Positions 53,893 to 64,000 of a DNA stretch of 64,000 nucleotides are shown in pieces (the first letter of the stretch is position 1; each line of letters opens with the position of its first letter). Under the pieces are notes generated by a model, which was not told the origin of the DNA, made no database searches, and saw nothing but the letters and a program-made list of their open reading frames with translations. The stretch is taken from positions 41,356,001 to 41,420,000 of the forward strand of contig NC_087245.1 in the NCBI RefSeq assembly GCF_037042905.1, in the 5' to 3' direction. Both the position numbers and the translations under genes were made by a program. This stretch comes from Lytechinus pictus (taxonomy: Eukaryota).

Positions 53893-54054
53893 CAGGGGCC
53901 GAGGAAGCGGGGGTTTTGGGGCTTCAGGCCCTCCCCACTTTTGTCAAAACCGTGTGCAAAAACGTAAAAATTACCATAATTTTATGAATGTGATTTTTTG
54001 CATGGTCAGCAGCCCCCCCCCCCCTCCACTTTGAAAACCGTTCCGCGGCCCCTG
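53893..54054. mobile_element. Small hAT-like MITE with 5-bp TSD
   Basis: TIRs CAGGGGCCGAGGAA / TTCCGCGGCCCCTG; TAGAA on both flanks. Confidence 0.8.
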
Positions 54055-55053
54055 TAGAAACTGATGAACCGGCAGAAAGTTAACTTCATTAATTTTGTAC
54101 ATTTGCATGTGAACCAGTTAATGAGGGAACTCTCAATTGGTCTAGGTAAAATACTGTTAAATGAGAAGTCCCCAAAGAAAACGGCCAGTCACCGACTGGT
54201 GCATATTTCTTTCACAAGCAAACTGAAAATTACTTTCCCCACGGGGGGGGGGGGGCGTCAAGTAGATCTAAAACACTAAAGAAAAATGCTTAGCACGCCG
54301 TATCAACGGCCGGTAATGTTATTTTTAAGTTAGGCCCCCACAATCCCAAATCAACTAAATTAGATCTACTTCAAGTAGGTTTCTAAAAGTTTCAAAACTC
54401 CATAAACTCTACATATTATTTCACATACAACTAAATCTACATACAAGCTAAAGATCCATTGTATTTCAAGATTATGGTTACGCCAAATAAATTCAAATTA
54501 CTCAATTCATATATTGATATCAAAATAAATATTTACATTTAGCGCATTTTCCAATTCAAAACACTTTATAATTTTATACACTACATGATAGAAAACATTT
54601 CAATGTTACTTATACCATCGAACTTTTTACATACACGGGTTGTATCTGCTATAGTTTATATAATACGACGTACATTTTTTATATTGTATTTTTTAAATTG
54701 AATACATCTAACGTTGGAGATTAGCTTTAATCTTACACACGCTTTGGAATATCTGATTCTAGTTTTTAATTTTGCGAACAACAAAGGGTTGTTTGCGTTG
54801 TTCATCGGTATGAATCAGGCCGACGAAAATGTGATAATAAATAATTTTAAACTGAGATATCAAGCAAACGTTAACAATATCAGAAATTAAAACATAGCGG
54901 ACGTGTCCCTTACCTCTTAGAAATCGTTGATTTAAAAAAAAGTAAGCGATAAGGGGGAGATTCAGCTCCTTCTCATCGTTGAATCAATCGTCCCTCTGAT
55001 AATGTAAGACATGCAATTAGCAATTAAACATTTTTAAATCTTTTTATTAACAG

Positions 55054-56360
55054 AGAGGACTCAAATAAGTACTGGAACATAACTTTTCAGAAGACGTCTG
55101 ACGGAAAATCTCGCTACTTTCGGTCTTCGAATTATATTAGATGTGAAAGGGGATGGTGGCTGCTTCTTTCATGCAGTCCACCATCAACTAACAAAAAGAT
55201 TGAAAGATAATAGCAACAACTTCAGAACATCTTTAATCTTCGGAGACAGGCGGTAGCGTTTGTAAAAGGCTTGGTATGTTATTTCGTTTAATTTGTTTGA
55301 TTAAAGTTTTTGTTATCGACAACATGATTACGTTAATATCGAAGATAGACTTTAAGCGGCAAGGCTTCTTCTATATAAAACAATAAATTGCTCTCTACTG
55401 TTAAGAAAAGCAATATCATTGAATGTGGCTTAATTATAACGCTCTAAATATCTAGATCAATAGATCTCTTCAATTTGTACTATATGCAATTCTATCAATT
55501 ATTAATAAATGCGTGATTTAAAAAAAAATATATTAAAGGCTAAGAAACAAAATATGAATAAGATTTTAACTGTTGTTTTTATATTGCTTGCAACACTTAG
55601 GCCACTAATCCCAAACGGATTGGAAAATATAATGTTAACAAGTGGAATATAATATTATATATAGGTCCTATGTTTCAATTGGACGGTGAATGGAGTACAC
55701 GGCCAACAATTAAATAACTTTAGCAGTAGTGAGAGTATTATTCTTTAATCTGAGCAGATTGAATAACCGATTTTCTTTGACATTTCTGTTAATTTCAAAT
55801 TACATTTTATACTGACACTGTTTACATTTTGTACTGATAATCTTGATATTTATCAGAACAAATGAGGATTTCTATTCTTAGGTGAATGTTCTCTTGTTAT
55901 TTCAATATTGGAAAGCCGTTTGAGTAAAAATCGGTCTAGTAGTATAGTCACTAGTCATAGTAAACGTTTTGCATGTTCTAGGTGGGTAGACATTCATAAC
56001 ACAACGCATATCATATTCTGAAATAGGATGTGCAGTATACCACCATGTGAACTTAATTGTGTATGGATATATTAATATATATTATTTACAGAAATGTTGA
56101 AGTTTACTTGCAATATGTAAAGGAATAAATGAAACTTTCATTGTAATGATGAAAGTTACGGATGCGTTTTTTATTATTTGACGAATCGTCAAATACTCAA
56201 AATAACTCTATGGTTTATATCGTTCCTATATTTTTGTTTCATATAGAAATGCGTAAAAGACAGCTAGATACAGTTTATGATACGACACCTTTTCGTTTCC
56301 AACCTACAGTGGGAAATCACGTTGTAATTTTTTTAAACGAATTCCACTGAAACTATTACG
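55054..56360 (+). pseudogene. Decayed intron-containing OTU-family cysteine protease (deubiquitinase-like) gene, three exon remnants
   Basis: Exon A: RRLTENLATFGLRIILDVKGDGGCFFHAVHHQL (Cys codon 55161-55163), frameshift, then FNLRRQAVAFVKGL|GTATGT (ends 55273). Exon B from 55601 after CACTTAG: ...YIGPMFQLDGEWSTRPTIK*. Exon C from 56247: MRKRQLDTVYDTTPFRFQPTVGNHVVIFLNEFH*. Cys-box, DGxW and His-box occur in OTU order, with stops and frameshifts. Confidence 0.7.
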
Positions 56361-56893
56361 TGGATTTACTCAGGCATAAACTGCATTGCTATATCATTTA
56401 CATTTATTGTTACATCTTGAAATAGTTGATGTATACAAGATACATGGTACCTTGAAAGTCATGTTTTCGGCAATGGGAGTCAATATTTTGGCACGATTAT
56501 TACTTGACTTGAAATTAGGGCCCCCTAAGAAATCCTGGATCCGCGCCTGGCTCCCGCTCACATAATTCTAGCGGGCCTACTCTGATGAGTAGTTAAACAA
56601 GATTGAAAGCATCAAATGGTTAAAATAGAAATCGCTCGCGCTTCGCGCTCGCATTGATTCTTTTTTTAAAGTGATATTACATTTATTCATGAACACATCA
56701 TTATAAAACCATTATTCAATTGCCTCTTCTTCATGTGCCTATGAAATAAGATGATTTAACATGCATTTAAGGCACTTATGATTGCCTGGATGAGGGGCCG
56801 CCATTTTTCCGAAAAGTACACAAGGGCGCCAAAATCAGGTCGAATTTGGGCCCCCCCCCCCCTCCCTACGAAATCCTGGATCCGTGCCTGGTT

Positions 56894-59830
56894 ACAGATG
56901 AATGGCTTCTTGCCCTGGATAATGGGGATTATACGGGAGCCGTCTTTTTAGATTTACAAAAGCCTTTGACTTAGTCAATCACCAAATACTTTTATCTAAA
57001 CTCTCTCTTCCTGGAGTTACTGGTAAATCACTAGATTGGTTCTTAAGCTATCTTTCCGATCGCAAAATTAAAACTTGTTTGAATAATGTATTTTCTTATG
57101 AATATGTAATTTCTAACGGTGTACCCCAGGGGTCTATATTGAGTCCACTTCTTTTCGTTAAATTCATAAATGATTTGTCATGCTCTCTTTATAAATGTTA
57201 TTTTCATTTATATGCCGATGACTCTGTCTTATATTTCTCGGACAAAAATCCACTTGTGCTTAAAAGAACACTTAATAATGAACTGAAAAATGTTGCAAAT
57301 TGATGAGCAAAAATCGATTTAAACTTAATTGTAATAAAACGTAAGTATGTTTTTAGGTACTCGGCATGTTGGCGAGACATAAAACTCTTCACTTACGCAC
57401 AGTGGCGTAACAGGCGGGGGGGGCGGGGGGGGGCAAGCTGCCCCCCCCCCCCCCTGGCGGAGTTCACCGGGAAAAGAAAAAAAACGGGAAAAGAAAAAAA
57501 GGGGAGAAAGAAAGAAAGGGAAAGGAAGGGGGAAGAGGAACGGGGGGAAAGGAAAGGGAAAGGGAAAAGAAAACTAAGAAAAAACATAAAAAAGGGAAAA
57601 CGGGAAAAAGAAGGAAAGAAGAACGTGTGAGAAATAACAATTCTCCCGATATACAAATACAATAGCATGATTAGTAAGACAGGGAAATAAATTAAAGATG
57701 ACAAAAAAGCAAACAAAAGCGGGAAATGGAGGTAGAATGGAATGAGCCAAAATCTAAATTGTAAAATAAAGAAAAGGGACAAGATAAAACTACCGGGCTG
57801 CCAAGGATTGATGATAATTATCATCATAAACTTGCTAAATCTCCAAAGCTACCGGGGGCTCTGTCCAAGACCCCGTGCAGTGGGGGCTCTTCATCTGTAA
57901 CCTTTAAAGGGCTCTATATAACGGCCCCTGTATGAACCCTTCCTGCATTGAACTTTGCGTTTAAGCACTGGCGTACCGGGGGGGGGGAGGGGTTCCACAG
58001 CCAAGGTGAAATAAAAGAAAATAAAGGAGGCAGCGGAATGAGATGAATGAAAAATAAAATATATGACATAATATTTGCTATGATGTAAAAATCTATCACA
58101 TAATTAAAATTTCATTTCAAAAGGCCATTTTTCTTTCTGGCTCGCTTCGCTCGCTGGCGACTGTTTACAAATTTCCCCACATTTGCTATGGTGTGCCCCC
58201 TCAAAATATTTGGATGATTATGGTACGCAACTGCATTGAATGTATGTGTTGTGTGAAAGCTATACAGATAAGCACCCAATTTGATTGAAATTAGTGGCCA
58301 TCTGTAAGGTTTAAAAGGCTTTAATATCAAGAGGTTCCGAGGCTCCGCCCCGGACCCCATCCACATAGCACTGGTGTATGGATGAGTTTGGACCATGGCC
58401 CCCAAAAGTTCTACAACCAAACAAACAAACAAAAAAGGAGGAAAGACGGAAAAGCAAAGGAAAGTGTATTATATTTTTTTAATATCACGTCAAAATCTAT
58501 TTTCATGTTAGATTCTCATGAAAAGGTGATTTTTTTTATCTCGCTCGGTACTTATATTAAGCTACTTCTTGCCACACGCGCCACACTGGCCCCCTCGAGC
58601 ATATAGAGCTTCGCCCTGATGCGCACAATCATAACAAAAATCCTATTCACCGTGGCGTAAAAAAAAAAGAGAGAAGGGTGAAATATGATATCTTTTTTTA
58701 ACATTGCGTCAAAATCTATCACAAAATTGGATTTTTGTAATAAAAATGTCAAAATTTTTGCTCGCTCGCATTTTAATTTTTTTGCCCGATACACCATATC
58801 ACCCCCTCAAAATTTTTGCCTCATGACACCATTGCCTGTTCCATGATATTACCGGGAAATTTTTGGCTCTTGCCCCCCCCCTGGCCACCAACCCCTGTTA
58901 AGCCCCTGCTTACGCATTCGCGAAACAGATATTCCAATGGTAGAAAGTGTTAAATATCTTGGAGTTTTTATAGTTAGGGAACTTAAATGGAATGTTCAAT
59001 TTGATCACATGTGTTCAAAAATTGGAAAAAATATTGGTTTCCTTGGCAGACTTGGGCGATTTGTTAATGAATCTAGTTTAAAATTAGTATATTCTTCGGT
59101 TATCCTTCCACACTTTGATTATGCTGATATTGTTTGGCAATCTGCATCTAAAAATATTTGAATTTATTGCAAAAGCTACAAAATCGTGCAGGAAGAATTA
59201 TTCTAAAAAAATCGATCCATATTTGTATAATTCATCCTCATATATCCATGATATTTTGAAATGGAAGACTTTAAATACTCGGCAAAAGGAACTTATGTAC
59301 GTAATGATGTTTAAAGTTTTGAATAATTTTGCACCTGATTATATGAAAACACAATTTTCTCGTGAATCATACCCTTATTCTCTGCGTACAGAAAATCACC
59401 TTAGTCTCCCAAAACCGAGGTCAAATAGCTGTAAACGGACTTTTTTGTATAGGGGGCTACACTTTATAACAAATTACCAATTCATTTGTCGTCTAGTTCA
59501 ACGATTCAGTCCTTTAAATCCAATATTCAATTGTATTTCGGTTTTCCTCTTGAATTATTTTGCCTGTTGTTGCATTTTTTTTCTTTAATGGGTGGGTCGG
59601 ATGGGGTAATTTTTCTTTCTTGTCATGCATTCAATTAAGTTTTGTGTATATTTTTGTATATTTGTTTTATACGCATGTATTTATGTTTTAAAGGACCCCA
59701 TGGAAGAACAGTGGTATTTTATTCTTACCGCTGAAATGGGCCATCCTCCATATGATCTGTACGTTAATTATGTTAAATTGAGCATGTATATATTTTACTT
59801 TTTATATGGAAATAAATACAAACAAACATA
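56894..59830 (+). mobile_element. L2/Crack-like LINE reverse transcriptase remnant, split by a hAT-like insertion at 57400-58908
   Basis: GAVFLDLQK(A)FDLVNHQILLSKL, GVPQGSILSPLLF, HLYADDS; resumes after the insert with VESVKYLGV...YSSVILPHFDYADIVW; 3' GGACCCCATGGAAGAACAG motif and AATAAA tail; frameshifted. Confidence 0.88.
57400..58908 (+). mobile_element. Non-autonomous hAT-like element, copy 2 (same family as 42492-44078)
   Basis: Colinear with copy 1; exact 8-bp TSD CTTACGCA (57392-57399, 58909-58916); inserted into LINE ORF2. Confidence 0.9.
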
Positions 59831-60477
59831 CAGAACATTAAACGTAAACAACACTATAATGTTTTCAACAAATGTTTATATTATATTAAAATGTATGGTT
59901 TTAGAAATGATTAAAAGTTTTCAGAAACGTTAACTTAAAACATCAGAATTCAGAAAGATATTATTGGAAAATTTTATTAATATTATTAAAATACATTGGG
60001 AAAATATGCATAAAATTGTATTTTTTATGTTGCAGCTCAACGTTAGGAAAATGTTTTATAGCAATGAGAAAACCAGACATTTTCATATGATTTTATCATT
60101 TCCCTATAGCATTTTCATAATGTTTGACCAAACATTTTTGTGATATTTTGTCAATGTTTTTGTGGGGTTAGCGGGGTTGTTGCCATTTTCTTTTTTACTC
60201 CTCTCTCTCTCTCTTCTCTCCCCACTGTTCTCTTTACATCGCCAATAGGGCCGGCGAGCGGCCATTTTTTCCTGTTCCTTTTGTGTCCCCTTTCCTTTCC
60301 ACTCCTTTTTCTTCTCTTTCAATTTCGTTTGATTTCGGGGGGGGGGGGGAGAAAGTCCTCCTGATCGCCCCTGGATCCACGCCTGTGCAGAGGCAAAGTC
60401 GTCCCATACCCTGACTTCCTGTATATACTTATTTTGACCTTCGATTCCTTCGTGGGAGCCTCCGCTCAAGATCATGC

Positions 60478-60721
60478 AGTACCGAAGTGTGACGTCAGTT
60501 GCCACTTGCCATGGTGTCATGGCGGACTGGTTCTAAACAGAGTCGCAGCTGACGATCGTCGTACATATTTGTATGACTTTGTCTCGTCTGAAAAATACGT
60601 TGCAAGCGATCACATTCCGATAGCAGCCATTTTCTCCTATGAGAAACACACGCTTTCATTTCCATTGTTTAGAACCAGGCCGCAATGACACCATGGCAAC
60701 TGACGTCATCGCTTCGGTACT
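60478..60721. mobile_element. MITE with ~55-bp TIRs
   Basis: AGTACCGAAG..TGACGTCAGTTGCC..ATGGTGTCATGGCGGACTGGTTCTAAACA and its reverse complement. Confidence 0.7.
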
Positions 60722-61976
60722 CAATTTCTTCCCCTTTCCTCGATTTACCCCCCCCCCTCCCCTTCCTTTCCATTCTTTTGCTTTCTTTCTATATATTCCT
60801 TTCCCTCTCCCTACTTCTCCTTCTCTTTCCCATTCATCTCGTTATCTCCCCCCCCCCTTTTTTTTTGGGGGGGGGGATGGGGGATGGACCTCTTGGACCC
60901 GCCCCTGCCAATCACATGTTCATTCCACAAAATTACAATGTGACTGAGGTTATCTCTATCTATCACTAGCAATTTTTTTTTTTTTAGGGGGGCTCCCCCA
61001 AAGTCCTATGACCAAGAAAAATAGAAAATAAATCTAAAATGGGAGAGAAGGGGGGAAAATGAGGGGAAAGCAGGATGGTGAAATACATAACTATCACAAA
61101 AATACAATTTCATTCTAAAAGGGCCCAAAACTGTAGTTATTCAAGGTCAAGTCCACCCCAGAAAAATGTTGATTTGAATCAATAGAGAAAAATCAAACAA
61201 GCACGACGCTGAAAATTTCATCAAAATCGGATGATAAATAAGTTATGGCATTTCAAAGTTTCATTGACCCAAAACGACATTTGACCATCTGATATGACAA
61301 AGCAACTGAATAATTGTTCATTGTGAAACTATGTGGGGGGGGGGGGGGAGTTTGCATCTCTACCTTCTAAAAAAGTGCTGTTCATTGATTCCATTTGATT
61401 TAATCTGATTTTTCTATACATAATCTGTTCTATATATATATTCTATAACACACAACATAACATTCAGGTGTAACTAACACCGTGTACAATTTCCTCACCA
61501 CTTGCTCGCTTTGCTCTCTCGCCAGATGTATAGCCTACCATGTATATTTTCAATAATCAGAAATTTCCTTAGACAGGGATCTGCTTACATTACTATGAAA
61601 TTACTACACAGCTACTTCAAGCAAAAAAGGTAATTTGGTGAAAATATGTTTGGACCCAACGGCCAATTTGACACATTCTCCCCCCCCCCCCCCCGAAATG
61701 AATGGAATTTGTGATTTATACAACCACAGCAAATTCCGCATCATAATTTGAAATCATATTCTTTCTTTCACTCTCCCTTCTCTCAGTCCCTCTCTTACAC
61801 TTTCTTTTGATATCTTTCTGTACTTCTCTTTATCATCCACGTCTTTCAATTTTCCATGGATAAATATATTACATTCATCTTCTCATCTTTTGCCATTTTA
61901 ACAATGACTGACAGGGCGGACTTCATTCATTAATCTGGCTGATAGCATTTCATTGTAACGCCAGGAAGGACTTTAA

Positions 61977-62343
61977 AGGTATTGTTTAACTTTGTGAGCA
62001 GCCGATTTAAAAAATTCTCAAACCAAGATGTAACATGTGTACAAGTGCATGTATTAGAACTAATAAACCCTGAAAACAACCATTATTGAGAAAGAAAAGC
62101 TAAAACTACAAGGCAAACCCCGATTTTGTAAATAGACGCCTAAATAGTACACATAAGTGTATGGGATGAAATTAAGATGGTGTTTTCGGTCACTTTATAT
62201 TTCAATTTTTGAAGCACTAAATAATTATTTTCGAACGCAATTTTTTCTGGGCTTCATTTTTGTAACGTATCACAGACACAGGTGACAAATGTGACCTTCT
62301 AGCTCAGATTTTTAAAAAGTCAAACCAATGTTAACCAATCACT
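61977..62343. mobile_element. Kolobok-like MITE family C
   Basis: TTAA|AGGTATTGTTTAAC...GTTAACCAATCACT|TTAA; degraded partial relative at ~10650-10860. Confidence 0.75.
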
Positions 62344-62347
62344 TTAA

Positions 62348-62936
62348 GGGCAAGTCCACCACAGGAAAATGTTGATTTGAATAGAGAAAAATCAAACTAG
62401 CATAACGCTGAAAATTTCATCAAAATCGGATGTAAAATAAGAAAGTTATGACATTTTAAAGTTTCGCTTATTTAAGAAAAAAAACAGTGATATGCACAAC
62501 TCAGTGACATGCAAATTAGACAGTCGATGATGTCCCTCACTCACTATTTCTTTTGTTTTTTATTGTTTGAATTATACAATATTTCATTTTTTACAAATTT
62601 GACAATATGGACCAACTTGACTGAACCATACAGTATTAACCTATGCTAATTCCATTTGTTCAGGGAGGAATAATTGTTTCACTTGACAATGAAGAGAAAA
62701 TTAGAATATTTCATATAGTAAAATACAAAAGAAATAGTGAGTGGATGATGTCATCAGTCTCCTCATTTGCATACCGGCCAGGATGTGCATATAACTGTTT
62801 TGTGAAATTAAGCGAAACTTAAAAATGTCATAACTTTCCTATTTTACATCCGATTTTGATGAAATTTTCAGTGTTTTATTTGTTGGATTTTTCTCTTTTT
62901 ATTCAAATAAACTTTTTGTTGGGGTGGACTTGTCCT
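62348..62936. mobile_element. Kolobok-like MITE family A
   Basis: TTAA|GGGCAAGTCCACC...GGGGTGGACTTGTCCT; truncated copy also at ~61144-61262. Confidence 0.85.
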
Positions 62937-63793
62937 TTCAATTAAATGGCCATTCCACTACACGGATCTTGCTACAATTTGGCAAACCTGCATATTGGGG
63001 GAAGATGAACCTTTTACCTGGATTCAGCGGAAAATACTTTACAGGAACAGAATTAAGCAGGGGTAATCAGATTACACGACTGCGCGTCATGCCATTTACA
63101 CGCTTCCCACGATTTAAAATGGGCGTTTTCTGATTGGGAGGATCAGGTCAATCTGAATGAATGGCTACTTTAACCCCATCTTTACAATGCTGTTGCTACG
63201 CTGCTCCCAATATCAACCGAGATCCTATCCCACCCTCCACCAATCTACTGATCTTGCTTTTAGATCGTGGCAGTGGAACGGCCCCTTAATCAAAGGCTAT
63301 GGTCTTGGAAGGCCTGTTAACTTGGCCTCAGTGCCTGCAACAGTTACTCAACATATGCAAATGAAGCAATTGCTCTTCTACTCCTTTCGCTGCATATATA
63401 AGGTGAGGGTTGGGGTTTTGATAGAGTTTGGGTTCAAAATGTGAAGATTGGGGTCAGGTTTGAAGCTTGGGATTGTATTTGGCTAGATGCGCATGTTTTT
63501 TGGTACAACCAAACTTTTTGCTTCCATTCAGCCATGTCCAGCTGGTCTTGAGCTCTGGAGGTGAATTGTTCGCCAAAGAGATCTCACACAAAGAAATACA
63601 TCTAACGTGCAAAACTTCTTACCCCAAAAATATATTTCCACATATAAATTAAGATATCATGGCTATTTTCTATGACTTCGAGAGCTCAAGATCAACTTTA
63701 AATCTATAAAAAGAGATTAATATAAATTTGAACAATGACCTCCAAAACAGAGTACAATGTGAAGACCATCATCCATTGCATGTGACAATGTAC

Positions 63794-63799
63794 TTTATT
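63794..63799 (-). promoter_or_regulatory. Poly(A) signal of RPL7
   Basis: AATAAA on the minus strand ~43 nt after the stop codon. Confidence 0.75.
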
Positions 63800-63841
63800 C
63801 ATAGTTCTTTTGTGTGTGTGTTTGTGGTGATGTATGGCATG

Positions 63842-64000
63842 TTAGTTCATCCTCCTGATGAAGTCATTGATGAACTTCTCACGGTTGCCATAGTCGCCGC
63901 CCTCGACCCAGTGATTGCCCTTCTTTCGGTAGCCGTTGCGGGGCGAGCTGAGTTTGAAGGGCCAGAGGAAGTTGGAGGCTTGCTTGAAGTTGGGGCCAGC
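63842..64000 (-). CDS. RPL7: 60S ribosomal protein L7 (uL30), C-terminal coding part; continues beyond window
   Basis: Reverse strand [55 protein letters not shown], the conserved RPL7 C-terminus. Confidence 0.96.
   Translation of the reverse strand, partial: AGPNFKQASNFLWPFKLSSPRNGYRKKGNHWVEGGDYGNREKFINDFIRRMN

Noticed and set aside
63541..63697. Short inverted repeat pair GTCTTGAGCTCT / AGAGCTCAAGAT downstream of RPL7
   Set aside because: Too short and degraded to classify; probably an old MITE remnant.

Overview
Eukaryotic, AT-rich, transposon-dense genomic DNA. The repeat families resemble those of echinoderms (sea urchin is my inference; not proven). Three spliced host genes lie on the minus strand: (1) first coding exon of FAF2/UBXD8 (10531-10596; the rest runs off the left edge); (2) a complete five-exon zeta-type 14-3-3 gene (37132 to 22283, 277 aa) with two unusual loop insertions and a probable ~2.5 kb 3'UTR; (3) the last coding portion of ribosomal protein L7 (63842-64000). 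Most of the remainder is nested non-autonomous DNA transposons (hAT-like with 8-, 5- and possibly 6-bp TSDs, TTAA Kolobok-like, Tc1/mariner, Harbinger-like, Sola-like), Helentron-type (HINE) elements, a tRNA-headed Deu/Nin-type SINE and CR1/L2 LINE fragments. The most notable signals outside the ORF track are a decayed three-exon OTU cysteine-protease gene (55054-56360), a ~3.1 kb mirror-symmetric foldback built of ~210-bp repeats (48100-51195), and a minisatellite capped by a 22-bp-stem hairpin. No prokaryotic system or CRISPR array is present. All coordinates were counted by eye and no database searches were run.
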